Assembly (NCBI GenBank): GCA_964016885.1
Contig: OZ024753.1
Location: 16,430,001 to 16,494,000, forward strand
Source: Eledone cirrhosa
Lineage: Eukaryota
Reading direction: 5' to 3'
Length of the DNA stretch: 64,000 bases
Of this stretch, positions 37,734-51,798 are shown piece after piece (position 1 is the first letter of the stretch; each line of letters begins with the position of its first letter). Position numbers and translations under genes: made by a program. Under the pieces are notes generated by a model, which worked only from the letters and a program-made list of their open reading frames with translations, had not been told where the DNA came from and ran no database searches.

Positions 37734-38726
37734 CTCTAAGACAACATCACTGGATCGAGATCTTTGGCGCCACGCAGTAATACAGAAGACCCGCCTTCCC
37801 TGCGTGCAAATTTAACCTACAGTCAGTAGGCCCCTCCAAAACAAATATACACCCCAACCCACTACCCCTACTTCATCCTCCCACTCCCACCAGCACCACC
37901 CTTTCTCTGTAAAGCTATGTTGGTACCACAACATCCAGTCCAAACTAAAGAGGTTGTGTAGGTGACACGACAAAAAGCACCCAGTCTACACTGTAGAGAG
38001 GTTGTGTAGAAGACACGGTAAAAAGGCTCCCAGTCCACACTGTAATGTAGCCGGTGTTAGGAAGGGCATACAGCTATAGAAAACCTGCCAGATAGTCCTA
38101 TACGAGTGAGACACGGTTACCCGACCAATCTTGCCTCAAGTGGGATAATCCCCATCGAACCCATGCTAGCGTGGAAGATAGCTGTTAAACGATGATATAT
38201 ATATATATCACACCCCTAGATTCCTATCGCTTTCTCTTGATCATTAATCACTTCTCTTACAACTAATACAGACTGACTATATATGCTCACTCCACCTTTC
38301 CCTTCACAGCTCTGTATACACACATACACACCCTTATATTAACATACTTTTGCTCACAGCTTCGTACTTACATGCACACACACTCTTTTACTCACATATA
38401 CACACACATTTCTTCTTAGCTTCGTACGGACGTATAATAACACACACGCACACATGCACACACACACTCACACACACACACACACACACACATACACACA
38501 CTCACACACGTGCACAAGTATAGCTCTTTTTACCAAACGTTTTTTTTTTCCATTTCAGATAGACACACGCCATCATCCACTTTTCTAAAAAACAAATCAC
38601 ACACAAAGTGCCAGCACCAACAGTTTTGCAAGAGATGTCAACATGAATGGACCTGTTATTTTTATCTAAAGACATTTTTTCCAATTCTACCCCGCCCGTC
38701 CCCTCAATCTATCTTATTTCTCATTC

Positions 38727-38765
38727 TTTCTTCTGATGAAGGACTAGCGTCCGAAACATTAAGAC
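38727..38765 (+). ncRNA. Minimal hammerhead ribozyme in a pLTR-like remnant (about 38690-38850)
   Basis: TCTT-CTGATGA-AGGACTAGCGTCC-GAAA-CATTAAGA. The downstream sequence is similar to window positions 1-74. Confidence 0.65.
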
Positions 38766-38849
38766 CCTTTTCCTGCTATATCAAGCATTAACCTAATATA
38801 TACCTTACATATACTGTACCGATTGTGTTGTTATTTCTGTTTACCTTCT

Positions 38850-38936
<87 letters not shown>

Positions 38937-38939
<3 letters not shown>

Positions 38940-41900
38940 ATAATAATAATAGTAATAATAATAAAATTGAAGATTAAAATCCAAAGAGGGCTCGATAAGG
39001 AAAATATATATCAAATATATAAGAACCATTGCTACCCTTCGAAAATGATGTCTTGGAACTCATTCGGAATATCAAATTTCGGAATAGGAGCAATTCCTTC
39101 CAGCAAGACCTGAAGAATAGAATTCGTTCTATTAAGGATTCTAACGCCGTGCACCTCCATTCCGACAAAACTGGCAACCTATATCAAGTGGAGCGCAGTA
39201 CTTACCATCAACTACTACATAATGCTGTAACTAAGGATTACCGTAAAACTAATCGGTGCGTCATCAATGAAATCAACGATGCTGGGTTTAAAATCACATC
39301 TGATCTCAACATCCTGGACCGGACCGAACCTCTGGACCCTATCTCTCCCCACTTTACCCTGAAGGATCACAAATCCAATTTTCCGAACAACCCCTCTATT
39401 CGGCTTATTAACCCTACAAAGTCCGATTTAGGTAGACTTAGTAAAACGATTCTTGATAGAATTATACCTGAAATTAGAAGTTTGGCTCCTCTCGCACTGT
39501 GGAACAATTCTTTCGCGGTGATTGATTGGTTCAACGGCATATGTAACAAGGAACATTGCCGTTTTATCCAATTCGACATCAACAATTACTACTCCCCCAT
39601 CACTTTACCACTTCTCCTTAGAGCTATCAATTTCGCTAAAACACTCACAGTGGTTAAGGATTTTGAAGTTGATGTCATCCTTAATGCCCGAAAGTCGGTG
39701 ATTAATTTCGACGACTCTATTTGGATTAAAAAATCCAATAGTACCCCATTCGACGTGAGTATGGGCGCCAGTGACTCTGCGGAGGTTACTGATCTTATTG
39801 GCCTTTTCCTTCTTTTCTCTATCAAGGACGAATTCCCCAACGCGGGCGGTGGTTTGTACCGCGACGATGGTCTTTTGACCATGACTAAGTGCGGACCTCG
39901 TGCTTGCGACAGGTTCAGAAAAGAACTCACAGCCTTCTTTAAAGGCTTCAACCTCTCTATACAGGTTGAGGCCAATCTCTCGGTCGTTAATTACCTCGAC
40001 GTTACCCTCAATTTATTGAATGGGTTGTATTACCCGTATAGAAAGCCGAATGATACGCTTAATTACATAAGTAAGCATTCCAACCATCCTGCCAGCATAA
40101 CCAAGAACCTGGTAAGAAACGTTTCGTTGAGGCTTTCCCGTCTTTCCACCAACGAGCGCATTTTCAACGACCATTCCACTTATTACAATGAAGCTCTTGC
40201 TCGAAGTGGATATGTCGATAAGGTAGCATATACAGTGTACGAAAATAGACCTAGAAGAAATAGATCCCGTCGCATTTGTTGGTTTAACCCACCATATAAT
40301 ACGGAGGTGGCCACACCATTAGCTAAGATCTTTCTTTCCCTTATTACGAAGCATTTTCCCCCTACACATAAATATAGTAAAATTTTTAATAGAAATACTA
40401 TTAAAATTTCTTACTCTACGACTCCTAACCTTGCACATAACATCACAGCTTCAAATTTAGCTAAACTACCTAGCTGTAGGAACACGTGCAACCCTGTAGG
40501 TAGTACTAACTGTAATTGTAGGAATCGGGCTGATTGCCCCTATCCGGGAAATGCCTCTCTAGTAACATTGTCTACAAATGTAAGGTTGTAACACCCACGT
40601 CCCGTAGGGCCTACATAGGGTTAACCGCCAATAGTTTCAAGCAGCGTCTTTACATGCATACCCATTCTTTTCGTTACCCTCTAAGAAGGAATATGACGTC
40701 ACTTTCAGCTTATATCTGGAGTCTAAAAGACAACCACACCCAATATAAGTTACACTGGGAGATCCTAGCTAGGGCTAGATCGTATAACGGAAATAAAAGA
40801 CCATGTGACCTCTGCGCCGCTGAGGCCCTGGAAATACTCTACGCCACAGACCACATCTTAAACAAAAAATCTGAGGCAATTTCGGCTTGTAAACATAAAT
40901 TGCACAAAACTTTCCTGTATTACAGCCCCACGTTATACCCTAACGGATAGCACGATCTATACGTGGATATTTTACGTCTTGATGTGGGAGCTAAGTATAT
41001 GTTTTGTTTATTCCTTTACGTATTTGCATAGGTAAGTATATATTACCCGTATGTTTTGTGACGGTATGTATACCTTCTCGTACGTATATTTGACTGTTAT
41101 AGCGTATAATTTTTACATATTCTGGTATTTAGGGTTTGGCTATGTGTATACGGGAGTTTTGCGTCCGCGTGAGTGTGCAGGTTCGTACGTATGGTGGGTG
41201 TGTGTATATGTGTACTTCTTGTTTTAGTTGACTTACGTCTCCGAACATTCGTGTATTTATATGTAGGTATGCGTGTGCGCTTGTTATATACGTATATATT
41301 CACTTATATACGTTTATATAATTATTTATTTATTTGTACACAAGCATACATACACACACATATTTATATGTGCGTGGTTTTGTATACCCATTGTAAGGTT
41401 TTGCGTATGCTTGTGTATGTACGTATCTGTTTGCGTGTATGTATTTATTTGTTCCTATTACTTCTGTATTGTATTTATTTATTTTGTTCTTAACTCTGTA
41501 GCGGAGATTCATTTGGTCTCCTAGTTAGAATTTTAGTCTACGATTTCTGCTATACCATTTACGTGGTTTTGTCTTTGCGTGCTATTGTTCTCCACGCTCC
41601 ACATATGACTTATTATCTTCGTTTTTTCGTTCATTGCCAGAGAACGTCTCTATGCACCACCTAAGAGAACATTAGTCTACGACCTCTTTTATACCATAAA
41701 CGTGGTTTTGTCTTTGCGTGTAATTGTTTTTCACCGCTCCTATTAATGACGTATTATTCGTTTTTTCCCGTTCTTTGCCAGCGAACGTTACCACGAACCA
41801 AAGTATCGTCTTCCTGTCTTCCTCCGGTTTCAACGTTTTTTGAAATATCCAGTTCTGCGTTTACAGATTGACTTTGTTAGTTTCAGAAGATCCCGTTAAG

Positions 41901-41949
41901 GGTGAAAGCAGCGATTCTTTGCTTAAACTTTAATCTGTTATTTTAATAA

Positions 41950-41950
<1 letters not shown>
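38937..41950 (+). mobile_element. Penelope-like element, 5'-truncated RT plus GIY-YIG, frameshift near 40540
   Basis: SDKTGN, RLINP, FDINNYY, MGA, LYRDDG, NYLDVTL, YRKP, WFNPPY, then IVY..YIG...FKQRLYMH and CDLC; long 3' region; (TA)n flanks. Confidence 0.93.
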
Positions 41951-42042
<92 letters not shown>

Positions 42043-42058
42043 AAGAGAGAGAGAGAGA

Positions 42059-42957
42059 ATGGTTACACAACAGTTAGTTCACCATACCGAGAACAATTGT
42101 TTCACCTTAGCGGATCCTCAGCTCGGAATGGGCATGGTTATAGGAACAGGAAGGACAACCGTATGAACGCGCATGCGCAGCAACCCGGTCACTTCACACA
42201 GGCAATACTAGACTGCGTGCGAGAGGTGTAAGGGAGATAACTGTGAAAGTCCGAAAAGTTTTTAGGTTGAAAATAAAATTACAAAGAATCAGTCCGGAGC
42301 CTTGTAGTTATGCAATAGGTGTTTGGCGACGTGTGGACAACGTGTGAAAAATTCATTTCTCGTGTTTAGGCAATCACTATTGCGTAATCTCTTTAGAATA
42401 GTTATTCGTTCGTCAATACATAAGCCACACGTCGGATTTCCCCTTGCGTATGGCTTGGACTTAGTGATGGCTTTCCATTGAATGGAGTAGTCTATACTTG
42501 AGTCCTTGAGGGACCATACGTGGCTCGCGAGTTTCGTGGATGAACGTCTGTCCGGGTACCTGAAGGTAGATTGGTGGTTCAGGAAACGTTCCTAAAATCG
42601 GCTCTCCCCCATGCCCACATAGGATTTCACCTCCTGTGGTTGGTTTGATCTGTTGGAAGTGACCACAGCTTCACACATTACAGCTGGTGTGTTGCATTGC
42701 TGCTGAAGGGGGCAAGCTTCAGGCTTACGGCAAGAGCATCCTGGTGAGATGTTGCTCCTAGGGCTGCTGTTGATGTGGGCCTTCATGTTCTTAGCGCAGG
42801 AGTATCCTAGTTTAACTTTGTCTCGGTTAAAAATGGATCGGTATTTATAAATACCGATCCATCTTTAACTAACTGTTGTGTAACCACTTCTACCTAACTC
42901 ATCCCATGGACTGAGTGCTCTACCACTACGGATATTACCTTCCAGTGTTCCACCCCT
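42059..42957 (-). mobile_element. Second Penelope-like fragment (GIY-YIG end plus pLTR) with inverted terminal segment
   Basis: CSCRKPEACPL...SYVG...VWSLKD...CGLC. 42867-42886 AACTAACTGTTGTGTAACCA is the reverse complement of 42060-42079. Confidence 0.88.
42084..42129 (-). ncRNA. Minimal type I hammerhead ribozyme in Penelope pLTR
   Basis: CCGAG-CTGAGGA-TCCGCTAAGGT-GAAA-CAATTG-TT-CTCGG: stem I, core, short stem II, palindromic stem III. Confidence 0.8.
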
Positions 42958-42973
42958 ATATATATATATATAT

Positions 42974-43404
<431 letters not shown>

Positions 43405-43642
43405 ATCCCATTAATTTCAAGTGGAAAAGAAACTGCATTATATTGAAGTGGTAGGATTTGGGAGAAAACAGAAAGAAAAAGTAAAGAAGAGGAAAAAGAA
43501 GGAAATAGTTTGTTATATTTAAAGTATCGTTTAAGAAGAGATGTTTCTAGATAGTTAACTAGAAATAAATGTAGTTTAATCCTGAAATGATGAGAACTCA
43601 TTCTTTCATAATTACAGTTCACATTTAGTTAACAATACATAT

Positions 43643-43701
<59 letters not shown>

Positions 43702-43851
43702 CATATATCCCGTCTAAACCCATGCTAGCGTGGAAGATAGATGTTAAACGATGATGATGATGATATATATATATATATATAATATATATATGTGCGTGTG
43801 TATGTGTGTGCATGTGTGTATTTGAGTGTATATATATATTGTACATATATG

Positions 43852-43905
<54 letters not shown>

Positions 43906-44366
43906 TGTGTGTAGATATATGTGTGTGTATGTGTGCATTTGAGTGTGTATATATATATTGTACATATATGTATATATATATATATATATATGTGTATGTA
44001 TATATATATGTGTGTGCGTGTGTGTGTGTGTAGATATATGTGTGTGTTCAAACACACACACACATATCTATATATATGCATGCCTCTATATGTGCACAGA
44101 CAAAAGTCCCAGCAACAAATGAGCAAGCAGGGTACAGTTGATTAATTGTCCCAGTTGTAGTCCAGTAAAAACATGTAGTCCCCACTGACCTGGAGTTTCC
44201 AGAAAGGCAGCCGATCTGACGCCAATGCAAATGGCTACTCAACAACAACAACAATTACAATAATTTTCAGACAAATTTTGTGTTTCATGTAAAATAAGAT
44301 AAAATGATTATGTAAAATTCTTTTGGCTGCATCACGATAAAATTACTATGAAAATGGGTTGTTAAC

Positions 44367-44696
44367 TTGAAAAAAAAATGTTTTAAATATCTGTACATGT
44401 CTCTGAGCATGTATCATCATCATCATCATCATCATCAATGTTTTTTACATCCATTTTTCCATGCTTGCATGGGTTAAACAGATCCTTCTCAACACAGCGT
44501 CTCTCCACTTGTTGCATTTTTTCGTCATATTCATTCTTGAAAAAAAAATGTTTTAAATATCTGTACATGTCTCTGAGTATCTATCATCATCATCATCATC
44601 ATCAATGTTTTTTACATCCATTTTTCCATGCTTGCATGGGTTAAACAGATCCTTCTCAACACAGCATCTCTCCATTTGTTGCATTTTTTCGTCATC
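44367..44696. repeat. About 170-bp tandem duplication including an RTE tail
   Basis: TTGAAAAAAAAATGTTTTAAATATCTGTAC...TTTTTCGTCAT occurs twice. Confidence 0.85.
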
Positions 44697-45105
44697 TTCA
44701 CTGTGAGTTTCAGCGATTTGAGATCAGCTCTCACAACTTCTGCCAAGGCCTTCCTTGGTCTACATCTACTGAGCTTTCTTTTCCACTGGGATTTCCTGGC
44801 ACTTCTTCACCCAGCAAACATCATCCATGCACATCACTTAACCATGCCAATGCAGTCTTCTAATTTCTCTTAGCCTCATCTTCTCTGTCTGCTCATCCAA
44901 GCTCTGACATTCTCTCACATTTATATTGCACATCCAATAAAGCATGATTGCTTCATTTCTCTCTGGTCTATGTATTTCCCTTCACTACACATACACACCC
45001 TTATATTAACATACTTTTGCTCATAGCTTCGTACTTACAAGCACACACAGACTCTTTTACTTACATATACACACACATTTTTTTCTTAGCCTTGTATGGA
45101 CGTAT

Positions 45106-45170
<65 letters not shown>

Positions 45171-46055
45171 TGCATACGCACGTATAGCTCTTTTTACAAA
45201 ACGTTCTTTTTCCATTTTAGGTAGACGCGCTCCATCATCCACTTTTCTAAAAAATAAATCATACACAAAACGCCAGCATCAACAGCTTTCCAAGAGATGT
45301 CAACATGAATGGAACTGTTATTTTTATCTAAAGACATTTTTTCCAATTCCAAACTATGATGAATATCATCATCATCATCATCATTATCATCGTTTAACGT
45401 CTATCTTCCACGCTAGCATGGGTTAGACAGGAATTGTCCCACTTGAGGCACGATTGGTCGGGTAACCGTGTCTTGCTCATATAAGACTATCTGGCAGGTT
45501 TTCTACGGCTGGATGACCTTCCTTATACCAACCACATTTACAGGGGTCGATAAAATAAAGTACCAGTAATGCACTGGGTAATTGCTGGCCTTGTGCCAAA
45601 AGTAGAAACAATTATATATATATATATATATATCCAACCATCTTGCATGGAGTCTATGCCAGATTTTTTGCCTGTAAAATCTGTCCAGCGAATCTTTCCT
45701 GAGACATTCTAACCACATACCCATAGTATCGGAGCTGTGATCTCTCAATTCGGAGAAGTAGTGGCTCTACCTGGAGTGACTCTCTGATATCTGAGGTATG
45801 CACTCTATTGAGGAATGTTACTCCAAAGACTCTTCAGAGGAACCTCTTCGGTCGCTTGTATTCGCGATCGTATTCTTTTGGTCATTATTCAAGATTACCC
45901 CATGGTTAGATAACATCGATGAGCTTCGCTGGTCTCGGGGATCCAGATGGATCAATTGGAGATGTTTGTTTCTGACAGGATCCGCTAGAAGACTCTGTTT
46001 CCATGACCCTCCCAGGGATAAGCGGGCAAAGAACACAAAGATATATATGTGTGTA

Positions 46056-46401
46056 TCATTATCATCATCATCATCATCATTTTTACGTCCCCTTTTCCCT
46101 GCTTGCAAGGATGGGACGGGAACTGATTCTGGCTTGATTTCTACAGCTGGATGCCCTTCCTAACACGAACCTCATTTACAGTGAGTGCCGGGTGCTTTTT
46201 TCCGTGGCACCTCCACGACCACTTTACAGTGGAATGATATGGACCTCAGTCCCTATCATCTTATTTCTACAGCTGAGTAAACTGGAGCAATGTGAAATAA
46301 AGTGTCTTGCTCAAGGAAACAACACATCACCCAGTCTGAGAATTGAACTCATAACCTTTCGATTGCAAGGCCAATGCTTTAACCACCAAGCCATGTGCCT
46401 C
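46056..46401 (-). mobile_element. SINE family A
   Basis: Same head, core and tail. Confidence 0.88.
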
Positions 46402-46580
46402 TATCATATGTATGTGTATATGTATATATATATATATATACACAGACACATATATATATTCATTTAATAGGTATGTGGTGAGCCTTGTTACTTTGGAGTT
46501 TCACCAGCACACTTGCAGTATTATCATCTCAGTCGATGTTCCCATTTATGAATGTATTCGGTTGTATTACAATGACAGTT

Positions 46581-46623
46581 GACTTTCTTGATGATTTCTA
46601 TTGAATGAAACAGTTCTAGTCCT
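46581..46623 (+). ncRNA. Degenerate hammerhead-like motif; a second copy lies at 37641-37678 (minus)
   Basis: TTGATGA-TTTCTATTGAAT-GAAA-CAGTTC-TA-GTCC; the 37.6 kb copy reads CTGATGA. Confidence 0.4.
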
Positions 46624-48223
46624 GTAGAAGCCATTTCTATATTAAACTTGATTTGTATATATATCATGATCATCATCATCATCATCATCACCGTTTAATG
46701 TCCATTTTGCCCCTCTGACATGGGTTAGACAAGTTATCCTGTTGTGAGCAATGCTAGCTCAGGTGACCATTTCTTGCTAATACAGAACCAATTATAGCTT
46801 GGTTTCTACAGCTGGAGGCCCTTCCTCACACCAACCTCATTTACAATGAGTGCTGGGTACTTTGTATCATGATGCCTACATGACTACTTTACAGTGAGAA
46901 CTGGATGCTTTTGCTGTACACAACCACTTTACAGTGTGGAATGGAGAATTCACTGGATGTGTGTATGGCAGTTGTGGGGTGGTGCATATTACACATATGC
47001 CTCATCTTTAGCCTGTGACTGTGGGAAGTTGTGTCTTCTGTATTACTGTGTAACACCAGAGATCCTGGTCCTGTGTCCTCGCCCTTGAGAGGTGCAATTG
47101 GGCATGGTCAGCTTTTATATATATATATCATCATCATCACTGTTTACCGACCGTTCTTCCACGCTAGCATGGGTTAGACGGGTTGTCCTGTTGTGGGCAG
47201 TGTCCGGTCGGCTGACCATGTCTTGTTCATACAGGAACTGATTCTGGCTTCATTTCTACAGCTGGATGCCCTTCCTAACACCAACCTCATTTACAGTGTG
47301 GGCTAGGTGCTTTTTGCCTTGGCATCTACATGTCCACTTTACAGTGTGGGCTGGGTGCTTTTTTGCTGTGGCACCTCCATGACCACTATAAATATATATA
47401 TATATATAGATAGATAGATATAAAAATATATCTATATATATATATATATATATATATAGATAGATAGATAGGAAAATCTTAGACCCCGAAGGCAGAGCTC
47501 AAGCCGTTTCGATGGCTATTTCTGTCCAGAAATAGCCGTGGAAATGGCTTGAGCTCTGCCGTCGGGGGCATACTTTCTCCTATTACCCACTCTACTACCC
47601 TAAGTATTGAGTACTCTGGTGCGTTATGCTCCATCTGGTTCCTTACCACACTTCCTTCATTATATAGATAGATAGATATAAAAATATATATATAAAATCA
47701 CAACCACTCTGCATCTCACCAAGTATTGAGTACTCCCATGATTAGTGATCTCTCTCTCTCTCTATATATATATATATAGAGAGAGAGATATGAATGTATG
47801 CGTCTATATATATATGTATACATAGATATATACACACACATACACTCATATACACACACATGTAAAAATGTATAAGAAATCAGATAACAAAAATACCATA
47901 AAAATACAAAATATCTGGCAAGATTATTAAGTTTATCTCAAAACTGAGTATCAGCTTTTGAACATAAACATAAAAATATATAAGAAGAAGAAAAATAATC
48001 TGACAAAACAATGAAAACAAAAGAATTGACAATAAAAAAAACACCAAAAAAAAAATAGGATTTAATTAGTCAGAAAGATAAATATATAAAAAATATAAAA
48101 TATAAAATATAAGGAACTAATGAATTAAATGGGTTTATTATATTTTGGCAGGATGAACTACAGAAATGATATGTACCATTTGTTTTGGTTTTTATGACAC
48201 TGATGATCATGTATATATATATA

Positions 48224-48290
<67 letters not shown>

Positions 48291-48374
48291 CATATATATC
48301 TCTTAGCCACATCTCTTTACCACCCTCACACTTCTGTCCACACCACCCTTATGCTGTAAAGATATGTTGGTATT

Positions 48375-49917
48375 ACAAAAAGCACCCAGTTCACACTGTG
48401 AAGTGGTCGCGTAGGTGTCACGACAAAAAGCACCCAGTCCATAATATAATGTGTTCGTGTAGGTGTCATGACTAAAAGCACCCAGCACTATGAATAGTGT
48501 CCATGAAGGAGTTACGAAAAAAAGCACCCAGTCCAAGTTGTAAAGTGGTCATGTAGGTATCACAACAAAAAGTACCCAGTCCACACTGTAAAGTGGTCAT
48601 GTAGGTGTCACAACAAAAAGTACCCAGTCCACACTGTAAAGTGGTCATGTAGGTGTCACAACAAAAAGTACCCAGTCCACACTGTAAAGTGGTCATGTAG
48701 GTGTCACAACAAAAATTACCCAGTCCACACTGTAAAGTGGTCATGTAGTGGTCATGACAAAAAGCACCCAGTTCACTCCGTAAAGTGGTCATGTAGGTGT
48801 CATGACAAAAAGCACACCGTCCACACTGTAAAGTGATCATGTAGGTGTCATGACAAAAAGCACCCAGTCCACACCGTAAATTGGTCATGTAGGTGTTATG
48901 ACTAAAAACACCCAGTCCACACTGTAAAGTGGTCATGTAGGTGTCATTACAAAAAGCACCCAATCCACACTGGATAGTGACCAAGTAGAAGTCATGATAA
49001 AAAATACCCAGTCCACACTGTAAAGTGGTCATGTAGGTGTCATGACAAAAAGCACACAGTCCACACTGTAAAGTGGTCATGTAGGTGTCATGACAAAAAG
49101 CACATAGTCCACACTGTAAAGTGGTCATGTAGGTGTCACAACAAAAAAAAAACCAGTCCACACTGTAAAGTGGTCATGTAGGTGCCACAACAAAAAAACA
49201 CCAGTCCACACTGTAAAGTGGTCATGTAGGTGTTGCAACAAAAATCACCCAGTCCACACTGTAAAGTGGTCATGTAGGTGTCGCAACAAAAAACACCCAG
49301 TCCACACTGTAAAGTGTTCATGTAGGTGTCACAACAAAAAATACCCAGTCCACACTGTAAAGTGGTCATATAGGTGTCACAACAAAAAACACCCAGTCCA
49401 CACTGTAAAGTGCTCATGTAGGTGTCATGACAAAAAGCACATAGTCCACACTGTAAAGTGGTCATGTAGGTGTCACAACAAAAAAAAAACCAGTCCACAC
49501 TGTAAAGTGGTCATGTAGGTGCCACAACAAAAAAACACCAGTCCACACTGTAAAGTGGTCATGTAGGTGTTGCAACAAAAATCACCCAGTCCACACTGTA
49601 AAGTGGTCATGTAGGTGTCGCAACAAAAAACACCCAGTCCACACTGTAAAGTGTTCATGTAGATGTCACAACAAAAAATACCCAGTCCACACTGTAAAGT
49701 GGTCATGTAGGTGTCACAACAAAAAACACCCAGTCCACACTGTAAAGTGGTCATGTAGGTGTCACAACAAAAAACAACCAGTCCACACTGTAAAGTGGTC
49801 ATGTAGGTGTCACAACAAAAAACAACCAGTCCACACTGTAAAGTGGTCATGTAGGTGTCACAACAAAAAACACCCAGTCCACTCTGTAAAGTGGTCATGT
49901 AGGTGTCACAACAAAAA
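48375..49917. repeat. 48-bp minisatellite derived from RTE UTR, about 32 copies
   Basis: Unit CCCAGTCCACACTGTAAAGTGGTCATGTAGGTGTCACAACAAAAAACA. Confidence 0.95.
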
Positions 49918-51033
49918 TTTGGCCGGAGTATCGCTATTAGCTTTCTCCGATTATGTATTTATATATTTACTCTTGGAGCAACAGATAGGAACTTTCCCGA
50001 TAAAGTATGACTCTCTTTGTTTATTTTTTTATATGAATATTGATCGTTTGTTCTTGTATCTCATTCTGTTATTTTGCCCGAGAAAATATCTATATGTGTC
50101 ATCAAGCGATGCGCACATATGGTTATTTTTTCATATCCAATTGAGTTCTAGCATGTGGCTTGAATTCTTTTCAGAGTTCATTGACCTGCGCATGTATTGT
50201 TTTTTGGCGGTAGTCTCCTTCCTCCTATTTTCGAGACAGTGTGAGATTTTCTTTAGAACTGCTGGACTAACAACCTAGCAGCTACCTCAAGCACTGATGG
50301 TGATTATCGCTAAATATTGATGTTGAATTGGTTATCAATATTAATATTATTGGGCACCCAATAATAAAAGACAATGACACACGACCGTGACTTCTGACGT
50401 CACGCAGTAATACAGAGTACCCGACCTCCCATGGGTACATGCTGAAGCATATAAACAATATGCCCCCCCCCCCCCACCGCAAGGTGGTCGTGGAGGTGCC
50501 ACGGCAAAAAAGCACCCAGCCCACACTGTAAAGTGGACGTGTAGGCGCCACGAAAAAGCACCCAGCACTCACTGTAAATGAGGTTGGTGTTAGGAAGGGC
50601 ATCCAGCTGTAGAAATCAAGCTAGATCAGTTCCTGTATGAGCAAGGCATGGTCAGCCGACCAGACACTGCACACAACAGGACAACCCGTCTAACCCATGC
50701 TAGCGTGGAAGAACGGACGTAAAACGGTGATGATGATGATGATGATGACCCACTGAAGAATTATAAGAACCCACTTGAATAAGTATCTGTTGATCTTAAA
50801 CAAGCTTCTACATAAATTGGTATATTTTCACCCAAGTTGTAGAAATCTTATAATGAAACGAGACGCCCGTCTGGGAAGTGATATATTTGGTATATCTCAT
50901 ACGAAATGATACAGCCAATTTTCCACACAATACAATTAGTTAGCACTCCGAACGTCTAATTAGGAATATACTCAGGTATTTCCTAATGTTTGTTGTGTGT
51001 ATGTATTTATATATATATATATATATATAAGCA

Positions 51034-51067
<34 letters not shown>

Positions 51068-51081
51068 AGCATGTATATGTG

Positions 51082-51248
<167 letters not shown>

Positions 51249-51253
51249 CATAT

Positions 51254-51640
51254 ATGGCTTAGTGGTTAGAGCATTGCTTGCAATCGAAAGGTTGTGAGTT
51301 CAATTCTCGAACCAGGTGATGTGTTGTTTCCTTGAGCAAGGCACTTTATTTCACATTGCTCCAGTTTACTCAGCTGTAGAAATGAGATGATAGGACTGGG
51401 GATCCCTATCATTCCACTGCAAAGTGGTCGTGCAGGTGCTACGGAAAAAAAAGCACCCAGCACTCACTGTAAATGAGGTTGGTGTTAGGAAGTGCATCCA
51501 GCTGTAGAAATCAACCCAGAATCAGTTTCTGTATGAGCAAGACAAGGTCAGTTGACCGGACACTGCCCACAACAGGACAACCCGTCTAACCCATGCTAGC
51601 GTGGAAGAACGGACGTAAAACGGTAATGATGATGATGATG
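51254..51640 (+). mobile_element. SINE family A, longer RTE tail
   Basis: Same head; tail matches the 3' end of the RTE at 19893-20070. Confidence 0.88.
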
Positions 51641-51798
51641 AATTCTTATTGAGCCTTCTTAAGATTTTTACAACACAAGAACAAGAATGAGGGGCTCATT
51701 CTACTGACATGGCTTAAAAGAGGCTGTTTGCATAATTGGAAATGAATTGAATATTACTATTGATATTCAAAAAACTCAGATTACATCTTATATATATA

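Noticed and set aside
49919-50375. 119-aa hydrophobic ORF and 10-bp hairpin at 50346-50367
   Set aside because: No recognisable homology or splice support; likely decayed repeat, and the short hairpin is weak evidence.
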